Below, piece by piece: positions 47,928-57,891 of a stretch of 64,000 nt of DNA. The position numbers and the translations under genes were made by a program. Under the pieces are notes generated by a model. The model was not told the origin of the DNA. It ran no database searches and saw nothing but the letters and a program-made list of their open reading frames with translations. Every line of letters starts with the position of its first letter. The stretch's first letter is position 1. Source of the DNA: Pseudobdellovibrionaceae bacterium (lineage in GTDB: Bacteria > Bdellovibrionota > Bdellovibrionia > Bdellovibrionales > UBA1609); NCBI GenBank assembly GCA_043720065.1, contig JAYSTF010000113.1, positions 675 through 64,674 of the forward strand, read 5' to 3'.

Positions 47928-48950
47928 ATGCTCGTAGAGTTAAGGGACATGGACCGCAAAAGCTATACGGTTATTTTCTCCAGTAACCGCCGGGGGGTCA
48001 CCAAGAGTTGGACGATGTCCGCCGCTTGGATGAAGGCTCTGGCGATATTCGGATTCACCTTTTCGGTGATCGTCGCGGCCGCGGTTGTCGATTATGTCGG
48101 GCTGTTGATGACGGCTGGCCAAAGTAAAGTTCTTCGCGCTGAAAACGATCAACTCAAACGCCAGTTTCAGGTGGTGGAAAGTAAACTTTCATCGCTGGAA
48201 TCCAGTTTAGAGCGAGTGCAAAACTTCACAAGGAAACTCAAGGCGATAACTAACGTCGAGGACCAAGATCGTCCGGTGAATCTGGCGCTAGGGCCGATAC
48301 CAAAACCGGGACAGGATTTACCTAGCGAAGAGGGCGCTATGGAACGCGAACCGACTTCAGAGATGCTGGTAAAAGAGTCGCCATTTGATGAGCGGCTTCC
48401 GGTGGATGAGCAATCCGGTGAACTCACTCGCGATGTCGCGCGCAATTACGCCTCCTTGTCGGTTCGCATTGATCGGGCGGTAAAACAAACTCAGCTTCGT
48501 GAGCAGGGTGTTCTGCAACTTTGGGAAACTCTTTCCGAGCGACAGAGTTTGGTGAACGCCACGCCAAACATCAAACCGAGCCGCGGTTGGTTTACCTCTC
48601 GTTTTGGATATCGCATTGACCCTTTCACCGGAAAGCCAACGATGCACGCTGGTCTCGATATCGCCGCGCCCCCTGGGACTCCTGTCTATGCGCCCGCCGA
48701 CGGAATCATTTCTTATATTGGTTATGAAAGTGGTTACGGAAAAATCGTTTCGATCGATCACGGTTATGGCGTCGTGACTCGTTTCGCGCATAACTCACGA
48801 GTTTTTGTCGAGCAGGGACAAAAGGTTTCCCGGCGCGACGTGATCTCGGCAATTGGCAATACCGGCCGCTCTTCGGGTCCTCACGTTCACTACGAAGTGC
48901 GAGTCAACGGCGTTCCTGTCGATCCTGAGAACTACGTTCTCGACGAGTAG
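47928..48950 (+). CDS. M23-family metallopeptidase with an N-terminal membrane anchor and coiled coil
   Basis: ORF track (340 aa). HAGLDIAAPPGTPVYAPADG, GNTGRSSGPHVHYEV. Confidence 0.85.
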   Translation: MLVELRDMDRKSYTVIFSSNRRGVTKSWTMSAAWMKALAIFGFTFSVIVAAAVVDYVGLLMTAGQSKVLRAENDQLKRQFQVVESKLSSLESSLERVQNFTRKLKAITNVEDQDRPVNLALGPIPKPGQDLPSEEGAMEREPTSEMLVKESPFDERLPVDEQSGELTRDVARNYASLSVRIDRAVKQTQLREQGVLQLWETLSERQSLVNATPNIKPSRGWFTSRFGYRIDPFTGKPTMHAGLDIAAPPGTPVYAPADGIISYIGYESGYGKIVSIDHGYGVVTRFAHNSRVFVEQGQKVSRRDVISAIGNTGRSSGPHVHYEVRVNGVPVDPENYVLDE

Positions 48951-49222
48951 TTTTCAAATTGAACACTGATTCAGCGGATTTTAAATTCGAGAAATGGCGC
49001 TTTTCTAAAACGTCCGGAAGTTTTCCTTTTTCACGTCCAGTGATCAATAAAAGAAAACGACCACCATCATCTGTTAGGACAGCGTGAAGAGTTTTGCCAT
49101 CCAACTGACGAGTGCGCGTGATTTCCGCTTGTGCACTCCAGTGTCGCTGATGCGAGTGAAGCATCAAAGACGACGACTGAAGAACTGCACTAGAGCCCAG
49201 TCCATTTTTTTCTACACCTATC

Positions 49223-50113
49223 TTAATGGCTTGAGAGGACGATCAAGCCGCCCGCCACAGCCAAAACAATCGCCAATATGCGATTGCGGGTTAAGCGCTC
49301 CTCAAGGAATATCGCTGCAAGAATAATAATGAGAATTGTGGACAACTGATTGTAAGCCGCAGCTTTCCCAGCAAGCGTATATTTAAATCCCGCAAACCAA
49401 AGCAAAGTCGCTAAAAATGGACCGAGGATTGTTCCCGGAATGGTGACTTTCCAAGCTACAGAGGGGCGAAAGCCCGCAACTAAACTCTTCGCCTGACCCT
49501 TCAAAGTGTAGGTTACTAAGAGCACCAAAGTTCCTATGAGAAACCTATAGGCCGTAATTGTAAGTAGTGAATGGACAACCAACAAATCCTTCACCATGAC
49601 AACGCAAACGGCCATCATAAGTTGAGAAATAATCGCGTAAGTCACGCCACTCGCTAGATGCTCCTTAGGGTAACTGGATTTAAACACATCCAGATTCGCA
49701 ACAAGAATAGCAATGATAACTAGAAGTGCACCCCACCAAACTGTGACCGGCAAAATTTCACCGAAGAACAAGAATGCCATAATGGTTACGAGGGGCATAT
49801 AAAGTCCATCCACAATGGCCTGAAAACCTGCCCCAATGCGATTGATAGCAGCTATATAAAAAGTGTCGGCCAACGTGATACCTAAAATCGCGCTTATGGC
49901 CACTTTCGACCAACTGGCTAAATCGAGATCAAGAGTTAATGGCTCACCAGCGACGACGATGACACCGAAGAACAAAGTGGTTGCGATAATATTTTGGAAC
50001 GCCTTGAGGGGCACGGTTTCTAAATGCGCGCCGGAAAGCTTAAAAAAGATCACAGCGGCCGACCACGCTACAGCCGTCAGAATCGCAAAAATATCTCCGA
50101 GGTACTGATTCAT
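49223..50113 (-). CDS. EamA/DMT-family transporter
   Basis: ORF track (296 aa). About 10 hydrophobic segments and a duplicated EamA-like architecture. Confidence 0.8.
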   Translation of the reverse strand: MNQYLGDIFAILTAVAWSAAVIFFKLSGAHLETVPLKAFQNIIATTLFFGVIVVAGEPLTLDLDLASWSKVAISAILGITLADTFYIAAINRIGAGFQAIVDGLYMPLVTIMAFLFFGEILPVTVWWGALLVIIAILVANLDVFKSSYPKEHLASGVTYAIISQLMMAVCVVMVKDLLVVHSLLTITAYRFLIGTLVLLVTYTLKGQAKSLVAGFRPSVAWKVTIPGTILGPFLATLLWFAGFKYTLAGKAAAYNQLSTILIIILAAIFLEERLTRNRILAIVLAVAGGLIVLSSH

Positions 50114-50153
50114 AAGTGAACTTGGTTTTTAATCGAGAGTCGGCTAAAACACC

Positions 50154-50855
50154 ATGACCATGTATAGACAAGAGTTGCCTTTATCAAAAATAGGTCCTTT
50201 GGAGTGTCTGGATTTCCATCAGCCTGGCAAACCGACGATCGTGTTTTTTCACGGCTATGGTGCGAATGCCTACGACTTGGCTCCGCTGGCCGAAGAGATG
50301 GGATTGAAGTCGCAGTTCCGGTGGATTTTTCCTCAGGGCCCAAAGACCGTGGATATCGGGGGCGGTTTTAGCGGGCGCGCATGGTTTAGTATTGATATGG
50401 CCGCTCACGAACGGGCCGCAAGAACGGGCGAAGAAGTCACTTACGCGGATATTCGCCCGCCGGGAGCCAACGAAGCTCGTGATAAAGCCCTCGCATTTTT
50501 GAAAGCGCTTAATGTTCCTTCTGCGCAGTTAACTTTAGGCGGCTTCAGTCAGGGATCGATGCTCGCAGTGGATCTTGCGGTTCAGTTGCAAGAGTCGCCG
50601 GCGGCAGTTGTTATTTTATCTGGAACCCTTGCGGATCTTAAAGGGCTAAGAGCGGGCGGAGAAAAACGCAAAGGGCTTCGCTTTTTTCAGAGTCATGGGG
50701 AGCGTGATCCCGTCCTGCCGTTTTCTGGCGCTGAAAAATTAAAGGAGGAACTTGAAGCTCTTGGATGGCAGAGCCAGTGGTCCGCATTTCCGGGAGGACA
50801 TGAGATTCCCCCACGAGTGATAAAAGACTTACGGAATTTTTTAGTACGCGCCTAA
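50154..50855 (+). CDS. Phospholipase/carboxylesterase-family serine hydrolase
   Basis: ORF track (233 aa). VFFHGYGANAYDL, nucleophile GFSQGSM, HGERDPV, GGHEI. Confidence 0.8.
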   Translation: MTMYRQELPLSKIGPLECLDFHQPGKPTIVFFHGYGANAYDLAPLAEEMGLKSQFRWIFPQGPKTVDIGGGFSGRAWFSIDMAAHERAARTGEEVTYADIRPPGANEARDKALAFLKALNVPSAQLTLGGFSQGSMLAVDLAVQLQESPAAVVILSGTLADLKGLRAGGEKRKGLRFFQSHGERDPVLPFSGAEKLKEELEALGWQSQWSAFPGGHEIPPRVIKDLRNFLVRA

Positions 50856-51563
50856 GCTGCGGCCCGAGCCAGATGATCTTTTCCCAGCACCAAATGCCAA
50901 AGTGATGCCAGCGACAAAGTCAGAACGATGATATTCAGAATCGCTCACGGAATAATCGTGATTTTCAATGCCGCCCATTAGTCCAGCGCGAACATTATTG
51001 CCGAATTCTACTCGAACAGTGCCACGGGAAAAACCGCCGTACTTAAAATCGCCTTCTAGCGGCGTTGTCGGATTGGATACCGGAACTCCAAAATTGACGT
51101 CGAGAGTTATGCGATAACCTTTTCCCCAGCCAAAGAGTTTCAATCCGAGGACACCGAATCCGACGTCTTCTTTATCGAGGGTGAAGGCGGTACCGGATTG
51201 ATCGATGAGATAGGGAGCATCTTTGTTTTCATATGTTAATGACAACCACGCAACCTGACTTGTCCAACGAAAGCCGGTGCCATAGGAAATAATCTGCACC
51301 TCGGGGTTGGCGAGAGTACGAGCTCCTGGAACTTCAAATAAAAACTGGTTTAGTTCGCCTTGAAGGAGAAACTCCCAAGGTCCACTGCCTAAAGAAAGCT
51401 CGCTGCGCGCAAATGTTCCCCCAGAGGAAAGTAATGTGAAAGAGGCGGCACCTTTGTATTCCAGGCGTGAATAATTAAAGCCGCCATCGATCCCTAGTGT
51501 GACCTTGGCGTTGGCTTTCAACGAAATGCTGAATAATATTAGTAAGAAAACACGTGCACCCAT
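50841..51563 (-). CDS. Putative outer-membrane beta-barrel protein (240 aa)
   Basis: ORF track. Signal-like MGARVFLLILFSISLKANA. Alternating hydrophobic/aromatic beta-strand pattern, Gly/Tyr-rich. Confidence 0.6.
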   Translation of the reverse strand: MGARVFLLILFSISLKANAKVTLGIDGGFNYSRLEYKGAASFTLLSSGGTFARSELSLGSGPWEFLLQGELNQFLFEVPGARTLANPEVQIISYGTGFRWTSQVAWLSLTYENKDAPYLIDQSGTAFTLDKEDVGFGVLGLKLFGWGKGYRITLDVNFGVPVSNPTTPLEGDFKYGGFSRGTVRVEFGNNVRAGLMGGIENHDYSVSDSEYHRSDFVAGITLAFGAGKRSSGSGRSLGAY

Positions 51564-51647
51564 GTATTTACTTTTCGGATGGGACGAAAGCAGTATTTTG
51601 GGTTAAAGGTCCAGAACATTAAAAATCTGGATGAAGAGCCTGTTCGC

Positions 51648-54600
51648 CTATGGTTTTTTGACCACGACCAACGACGCATTGGAGCTTGTAACGGCACCTA
51701 CGTTCGCTTCCGATTGGCTTGTGACCGAGATGATGTCGTTAGCGTTTAAGCGGCGTAACAAGAAGACAATGCTCTCCGAGGCTTCAGTGTGACCAGCAGT
51801 GTTTCGTATATATCCAGTCTTGCCTTCGGCACCGCTAATCGCCACTCCGTTCACTAGTATTTTCTTGATGGCGTTCACCCTAGCGGCCGCCGCTGATTCG
51901 GCAGAGTTAAACATCACCAAGTAATCACCGGCGCTTAAGACCGTAACTTGGTGAGAATTTGATACAGTTGAGTGAGTAAATGTAGAAGTATCTCTGACTG
52001 GTTCAGTGGTTAAAGTAATCGGACTTGCGGTAGCCGCATTGAAATCCGCGCCACTAACAAGGGAAGTTCCATAACCATAGAAAACACCGGACGTGGATCC
52101 CAGTCGCTCAACAAATAGCGAAGCGGTACGTCCTGCCGGGACAGCTATTGTTCCAGCCGCGCCCTCAAGCTGGGCGGTAATCGTGAGAATTGCATTTGCT
52201 GACGCGGCTCTAACCATTCCTGACCAATGAACGGAGGATTGCGTGTGAGTGCCAGTGGCGGAAATGTAACCCTGCTTGGCCTCGCCGCCAATTACAGGCG
52301 ATCCATTCAGATTCAAAACCACTTTGACGTTTCCGTTTGTTACGGCACCGCTTAGCGGCAGATTTACATGTACCAAGTAATCTCCTACGGCATCGAGAAT
52401 AATGTTTTGAGTATTAGTAGCATTACTGTGTGTGAAGCCAGGATCCATGATTGAGTTGGTCCACGCCAACCCATAAGCGGTGGTTTGGTTAAAATTCGTT
52501 GGCGCAGTCACATCGACAGTTTGTGTCGCTGTCGCCCTAAAGATGGTGCGTGCGGGCGCAATATACTCGACATAAAGTGAGGCTGTGCCCGTGATCGTCA
52601 CCGTCGCGACAGCGCCACCTTTAAGCACCGTAACGTCAACGATGTCGTTCGCGGCCAATCCAGGGAGCAAGATCGCCATATTGATTGAAGACTCGGTGTG
52701 ACCGCCTGTGTTCGCCATATAGAACGGTTGCGCGCGGCTGCCTGTGTTGACGACGCCGTTCACTCGAACTTCAGTTATAATATTGGTAGCTGCAGTCGCC
52801 GCCGTACCAGGCAAAGTTAATGCAACTAAATAATCCCCAGCGACTCTTACAGCCAGCTGGTGGGAAAGTGCTGTAGTTGAATGGGTATAATAGTCATAAT
52901 CGAAATCCGATGAGCTCCACTGCATAGAGTAAGCCGTTGCTTGATTAAGATTCGTTGGAGTTGTCGGAGCCGTAGTTTGTGTTCCCTTGAGAGAGGCAAC
53001 GCCAACACCAATCGTGTAAGCTTCATAAACAGCGGATGTGGACGAGCAAGCTGAGGCATTGCCGGCCGCATCTGTGGCTTTGGCGTAGTATGTGACGTTT
53101 GTATTCCACGGTCCTGTCATCGCGACGTTAAAAGTTCCGCCGCCGCTGGTTGTTCCGGATGTGACCGCAGTCGTACAAATGGAGTTAGAAAACACTGAAA
53201 TTGTACTTGCCGCTTCGGCGGTTCCATCAAGTGTGACGGCTTGCTTGCTGGAGCGAAGAGCAGGTGTGGTTCCGGAAATCACTGGAATCGCCGGCGCAAC
53301 CGAATCTTCGATGTAGTTCAGTGGCGATAGTGAGCAAGCCGAAATATTGCCAGAAGCGTCCGTCGCATTGGCATAGACGCCGGTAGTGGTGTTATCAGTC
53401 ACTGATATTGCGATGCTAATAGCTCCTAGCGCACTCGCGGTTCCAGAGCTGAGAGTGATCGTGCAGGCGGCATTGCTAAACAGGGAAATGGCGGCATTAT
53501 TTTCAGCCGTACCAAGAACCGCGGGAGCATTGTTGTTTGCAGGACTGTTTGGCGAAGTACCGGTTAGAGTCGGCGCACTGGGGGCCGTAGAGTCTTCAAC
53601 ATATGTCACTGGTGTGGCACTACAAGCGGAAACGTTACCAGCACCGTCCATCGCAGTAGCGTATACGGATGTTGAAGTGTCATTTAAAACTGAAATTGCG
53701 ATCGTGAAAGCCCCAGCTCCATTCGCCGTACCTGTGGCGAGCGAAGCCGTGCACGCTGCGTTTGAGTAAAGAGCCACAGGGGCATTGTTTTCAGTCGTTC
53801 CATTTATAACCGGAGAGTTATTGTTTGCCGGGCTGTTTGGAGTCGAAAGACCAAACGTCGGAGCGGCTGGTCCCAAAGAGTCCTCGACATACCCCACGGG
53901 AGTCAAACTGCAGGCGGATGTGTTTCCGGCTGGATCTGAGGCCAAGCCAAAAATCGAAGTGGTCGTATTATCTGCAACGCTTGCCGCCACTGAGAAATTG
54001 CCCAATCCATTTGAAGCGCCACTTCCAATAACGGTTGTGCACGTGGCATCTGAAAAAAGCGTAACTGTGTTATTGGCTTCAGCTGTACCGTTTACCGTCG
54101 GAGAATTGTTGTTCGCTGGTCCCGTTGGAGTTGTAGAAACCAGTGCAGGAGCCGCAGGAGGGGTAGAATCTTCGACATAAGGAACGGTAGTTGTGCTGCA
54201 TCCGGAAGCATTTCCAGCCACGTCAGTGGCGATGCCATAAACATTAGTAGTTGTGTTGTTGGCGACGGATATCGTCACCGTGAAGCTGCCTATGCCGCTA
54301 GCGACGCCGCTGGCTAAAGCAGTGGAGCAAGTATTATTTGAGAACAAGCTCACAGTAGCAATGGCCTCCGCAGTGCCTGTGATCACGGGAGCGTTGTTAT
54401 TCGCCGGTCCCGTCGGGGTTGCCGAACTCACTATGGGCGCCGCTGGGCTCGCGGAGTCTTCAATAAAGTTTAACGCGGTCGATGTGCATGCACCGAGATT
54501 GCCCGAGACATCTGTGGCATTTCCATAAATAGTTGTTGTCGTGTTATCGGCTGCTGAAATCGTAACTGTAAAGTTTCCGCTGCCGTTCGCAGCGCCAGAA

Positions 54601-56864
54601 CTAAGTGCGACGGTGCAACCAGAATTTGTATACAACGCTACGGTAGAGTTCGCGTCCGTTGTTCCGGCAACAACGGGGACGTTGTAATTTGCCGGGCTCA
54701 CAGGTGAAACGCTAACGACATTTAGCACTGGCCCAGTGGAATCTTCAAGGTAGGTAACATTAGTAGTTGAGCAGACCGATGGGTTTCCAAGAACATCGTA
54801 GGCCCGGCCATAAACGACGGTGCTTGTGTCATTAGCTACAGAAATCGCAATTGAGAAATTGCCGGTTCCATTGGTCGGGCCGCCAGCTAAGGTGGTTGTG
54901 CAAGCCGCGTTCGAGAATAGAGTAACTGTAATATTGGCGGCTGCAGTTCCAACAATCGTCGGTGAATTATTATTGGCTGGGCTTAGTGGTGTGCTGCCAA
55001 CCATGACGGGTGGGGGAGGGCCGGCTGAGCTTTCAACGTAGGTGAGTGAAGCGGTCGTACACGCCGAAGAGTTCAGTGCCACGTCGGTTGATTTGGCATA
55101 AACATTAGTTGTAGAATCGTTGGCGACCGCGATCGTAACAGCGAAAGTTCCTACGCCGCTGATCGTGCCTGATCCGAGTGAAGTCGTGCACGTCGCATTA
55201 TTGTAAAGCAGAATGCTCGCGCTAGCTTCACCAGTTCCGTTAACGACGGGACTGTTATTGTTCGCAGGACCTGCAGGTGTCGTGCTGCTTAACACAGGAA
55301 CGCTCGGCGCCGTTGAATCCTCGACATATGTCAAAGTCGAAACTGAGCACGAGGATGGATTGCCAGAGGTATCTACTGCCTTGGCATAAATCGTAGTCGA
55401 CGTGTCATTCACCACTGGGGTCGCAATCGAGAATACGCCTGATCCATTTGCTGTTCCGCTTGCCAATGAAGTCGCGCATGCTGCATCGGAAAAGAGGGTC
55501 ACTGTAGCACTGGCTTCAGTGGTTCCGGAAACGGCTGGATTGTTGTTGTTACGCGGACTAACGGGGCTCGTGCCAGTCAAGACAGGAGCTGCGGGTGCTG
55601 TCGAATCTTCTACATAATTGCGAACGGCACTACATGCAGAAATATTTCCGGAAGCATCGGTGGCCGTCGCGTAATAAGTGTTTGTTGTGTTGTCCAAGAC
55701 TGTTAGAGGCAAAGTAAAAGTTCCGCTACCAGATGCCGCAAAAGTAGATAGTGCGGTGGTGCAGGCTGCTCCGGTATATACAGTCACAGATGAATTCGCC
55801 TCAGCTGTCCCATTTAGAGTCGGAGAGTTATTATTAGCGGGGCTTACCGGCGCAGTACTGCCAAGCACGGGAGCGGCTGGAGGGGCCGAATCTTCGACAT
55901 ATATTAGGGGTGAAGTGGTGCAACTCGAAGGCGTTCCAGCGGGGCTGACAGTTCTTGCGTAAATCCATCGAGTTGTGTTGTCACTTACCGCAACTGGGAT
56001 TGCGAAGGTTCCGCCGGCGTTAACTAAACCGCTTGCCACTGACGTTACGCAAAGAGCGCTTGAGTAAAAAATTATTGTGGAATTGGCGAGTGCAGTTCCA
56101 TTGATCGCTGGATTGTTATTATTCGCCGGGGAGAGTGGCGTTGTGTTAACCAATACCGGTTGAGCAGGAATCACCGAATCTTCAACATAACTCACAGAAG
56201 TCGAGGAACAGCCGGAGACATTACCGGCGAGGTCAGTAGCCTTTCCATAAATCGTTGTTGTTGAATTGTCGGAAACCGTTACGGGCACTGAGAATCCGCC
56301 AGACCCATTGGCGGAGCCTGAACCAATCACAGTAGTGCAAGGCGCATCCGAGTAAAGACTAACAACAGCCGAGGCCTCACTGGTTCCAGTTACGACGGGG
56401 GAGTTATTATTTTTTGGGCCGACTGGGTTTGTTGCGGAAACCGTTGGCTGCCCTGGGGCAGTAGAGTCTTCGACGTATATGACGGAAGCTGTCGAGCATG
56501 CGGATGTCGTTACACCATCTGTTGCACTAGCACAAAAAGTGGTGCTCGAGTCGCTTAGTACAGCAACCGCAATTGAAAACGCGCCGAGACTATTTGCGAC
56601 GCCGGTTCCAACTGACGTGGTGCAGGAGCAGTCAGAAAACAGCGTAACGGTTGAAGCTGCCTGAGCGATTCCACCAACACTAGGGTTATTGTTACTTGAG
56701 GGCCCTGTCGGTGAAACCACGAGATTTTTCGGCGTGAACATTCCGGCCGGAAGTCCTTCAATGTCTTCCGTCGGCTGCGCACCGCATGCGGCAATGAGCA
56801 AGGTAAGGCAAAGCCCTGCTCCCTTCCAAAACGGATTTTGTTTTTGCCCAAACCTGCCTAACAT
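51648..56864 (-). CDS. Giant surface lipoprotein: 13 tandem Ig-like repeats + 3 C-terminal ~150-aa jelly-roll-like modules
   Basis: ORF track (1738 aa). Lipobox LLIAAC. Repeats of 96-99 aa are delimited by Y(V/I)EDS...P and contain PANNNxP...GTAEA...CTT...DxxGNxSxCS. Three C-terminal modules share ...THS...GDYLV...(V/L)NG...TGGHTESS...ANDI.... AGGCGGG lies before the ATG. Confidence 0.9.
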   Translation of the reverse strand: MLGRFGQKQNPFWKGAGLCLTLLIAACGAQPTEDIEGLPAGMFTPKNLVVSPTGPSSNNNPSVGGIAQAASTVTLFSDCSCTTSVGTGVANSLGAFSIAVAVLSDSSTTFCASATDGVTTSACSTASVIYVEDSTAPGQPTVSATNPVGPKNNNSPVVTGTSEASAVVSLYSDAPCTTVIGSGSANGSGGFSVPVTVSDNSTTTIYGKATDLAGNVSGCSSTSVSYVEDSVIPAQPVLVNTTPLSPANNNNPAINGTALANSTIIFYSSALCVTSVASGLVNAGGTFAIPVAVSDNTTRWIYARTVSPAGTPSSCTTSPLIYVEDSAPPAAPVLGSTAPVSPANNNSPTLNGTAEANSSVTVYTGAACTTALSTFAASGSGTFTLPLTVLDNTTNTYYATATDASGNISACSAVRNYVEDSTAPAAPVLTGTSPVSPRNNNNPAVSGTTEASATVTLFSDAACATSLASGTANGSGVFSIATPVVNDTSTTIYAKAVDTSGNPSSCSVSTLTYVEDSTAPSVPVLSSTTPAGPANNNSPVVNGTGEASASILLYNNATCTTSLGSGTISGVGTFAVTIAVANDSTTNVYAKSTDVALNSSACTTASLTYVESSAGPPPPVMVGSTPLSPANNNSPTIVGTAAANITVTLFSNAACTTTLAGGPTNGTGNFSIAISVANDTSTVVYGRAYDVLGNPSVCSTTNVTYLEDSTGPVLNVVSVSPVSPANYNVPVVAGTTDANSTVALYTNSGCTVALSSGAANGSGNFTVTISAADNTTTTIYGNATDVSGNLGACTSTALNFIEDSASPAAPIVSSATPTGPANNNAPVITGTAEAIATVSLFSNNTCSTALASGVASGIGSFTVTISVANNTTTNVYGIATDVAGNASGCSTTTVPYVEDSTPPAAPALVSTTPTGPANNNSPTVNGTAEANNTVTLFSDATCTTVIGSGASNGLGNFSVAASVADNTTTSIFGLASDPAGNTSACSLTPVGYVEDSLGPAAPTFGLSTPNSPANNNSPVINGTTENNAPVALYSNAACTASLATGTANGAGAFTIAISVLNDTSTSVYATAMDGAGNVSACSATPVTYVEDSTAPSAPTLTGTSPNSPANNNAPAVLGTAENNAAISLFSNAACTITLSSGTASALGAISIAISVTDNTTTGVYANATDASGNISACSLSPLNYIEDSVAPAIPVISGTTPALRSSKQAVTLDGTAEAASTISVFSNSICTTAVTSGTTSGGGTFNVAMTGPWNTNVTYYAKATDAAGNASACSSTSAVYEAYTIGVGVASLKGTQTTAPTTPTNLNQATAYSMQWSSSDFDYDYYTHSTTALSHQLAVRVAGDYLVALTLPGTAATAATNIITEVRVNGVVNTGSRAQPFYMANTGGHTESSINMAILLPGLAANDIVDVTVLKGGAVATVTITGTASLYVEYIAPARTIFRATATQTVDVTAPTNFNQTTAYGLAWTNSIMDPGFTHSNATNTQNIILDAVGDYLVHVNLPLSGAVTNGNVKVVLNLNGSPVIGGEAKQGYISATGTHTQSSVHWSGMVRAASANAILTITAQLEGAAGTIAVPAGRTASLFVERLGSTSGVFYGYGTSLVSGADFNAATASPITLTTEPVRDTSTFTHSTVSNSHQVTVLSAGDYLVMFNSAESAAAARVNAIKKILVNGVAISGAEGKTGYIRNTAGHTEASESIVFLLRRLNANDIISVTSQSEANVGAVTSSNASLVVVKKP
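53031..56738 (-). repeat. 13 tandem ~290-bp coding repeats (Ig-like domains)
   Basis: Counted from 12 Y(V/L/I)E(D/S)S boundary motifs plus the terminal VYEAY boundary. The repeats are diverged at the DNA level. Confidence 0.85.
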
Positions 56865-56911
56865 TTACCCGCCTACATACGTTCAACATAATTTTTAGGG
56901 CTGACATATAT

Positions 56912-56939
56912 TTATCGGGGATTTATCGGGGGTTCTTTA
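56912..56939 (-). promoter_or_regulatory. Candidate sigma-28 (FliA)-type promoter: TAAA-N16-CCCGATAA, with a second CCCGATAA copy 11 nt upstream
   Basis: The minus strand reads tTTAAAGaacCCCCGATAAATCCCCGATAAATat, about 45 nt upstream of ATG 56864. E. coli consensus is TAAA-N15-GCCGATAA. Confidence 0.35.
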
Positions 56940-57036
56940 AAGAATTCAGTAACTTAACATATGATGGAATTCTCATATATTGGCCTTCCTACGCGTTGTA
57001 TTCAGGTTGAGCTATGCCTCACAAAATGACGGCGTC

Positions 57037-57546
57037 TCAAAAATAGAAGGTAAGTCCCGATCCCACATTGAGAGACCGGCCGGGGCCGAAGTTCATTTTG
57101 AAATCGGTCCTGATGTAGAGCTGCTTGTTGATTTCGATTAACGGAGCAAATCCAATGTGTGAACCAAACGAAGTTCCGAACTCGAGTTCCCTTAAATTTG
57201 TTCGCCCGTGGTAATAGTGAACATCCGCGCCGACATAAGGAATAAATCGAATTCCCTCAAAGTCCATAGTGAATGCGATGGAGATAGCGCCGCTATAAAA
57301 GACTACGCCCTTTGCCATGATCGAGGTGAAGGAGTATTCGGGATCGAAGATGGGCATCGTATGACCATATAAAATTCCCCAGTATGGATAGGTATCGCGA
57401 ACGCCGAAAATCCCGTAGGGGAGAAATCGCCCCGCGAAAGCGCTCACATAGGAGGTTTGTTTGCCCTTATTAGAATCGCCCGTGGGCTCAGGAGCCTGAG
57501 CCCAAACGAAACAAGGAAGAAGAAAAGTAAGAATCAGCGCGCGCAT
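57037..57546 (-). CDS. Small outer-membrane beta-barrel protein (169 aa)
   Basis: ORF track. Signal-like MRALILTFLLPCFVWA. C-terminal ...GSGLTFYF (terminal Phe). Confidence 0.65.
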   Translation of the reverse strand: MRALILTFLLPCFVWAQAPEPTGDSNKGKQTSYVSAFAGRFLPYGIFGVRDTYPYWGILYGHTMPIFDPEYSFTSIMAKGVVFYSGAISIAFTMDFEGIRFIPYVGADVHYYHGRTNLRELEFGTSFGSHIGFAPLIEINKQLYIRTDFKMNFGPGRSLNVGSGLTFYF

Positions 57547-57549
57547 GTT

Positions 57550-57843
57550 TTAGGGACATTCATACGCAAGGCCAGTCACAGAAGTTTGATTGGCAGAGTA
57601 TTGTTTTACGACAACAAAGTTAGCACCTTTATTCGCAGCTTCCTGTTTCATGTCGGCGAGTGCCTCTTCCGCAGTGCCCTTGGTTGACATCGTTGTCCCG
57701 GTGACTTTACCGATTTCTTTGCAGTCTTTGTCAGCGGCTTCACGAGTAACAGTGACCTCCTTCGTGTCAGGTGTGACCGAGCGAGAAGAGCAAGCGCCGA
57801 CCAACAAACTTGAAACCATCAGAAGAACCGCTTTAACGAACAT
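57550..57843 (-). CDS. DUF4156-like small lipoprotein
   Basis: ATG 57843 lies after GGAGG. MFVKAVLLMVSSLLVGAC lipobox. CKEIGKVTG...ANKGANFVVV...GLAYEC pattern. Confidence 0.6.
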   Translation of the reverse strand: MFVKAVLLMVSSLLVGACSSRSVTPDTKEVTVTREAADKDCKEIGKVTGTTMSTKGTAEEALADMKQEAANKGANFVVVKQYSANQTSVTGLAYECP

Positions 57844-57891
57844 TTCTGAACCTCCGTTATGTTGTCTGGATCTAGACGCTAACATAGACCC

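Noticed and set aside
48904-49167. 87-aa minus-strand ORF downstream of the EamA gene
   Set aside because: It has no SD sequence. Its last 47 nt overlap the convergent M23 peptidase gene. The C-terminal part is Arg/Ser/Glu-rich and junk-like. The N-terminal half is not recognisable, so a real small gene cannot be excluded but is unsupported.
53092-56664. Series of 60-130-aa plus-strand ORFs (53092, 53386, 53785, 54253, 54820, 55402, 55678, 56479 ...)
   Set aside because: All lie antisense inside the giant lipoprotein gene. They recur with the same ~290-bp period as its repeats, because the repeat's codon composition lacks antisense stops. They are not independent genes.
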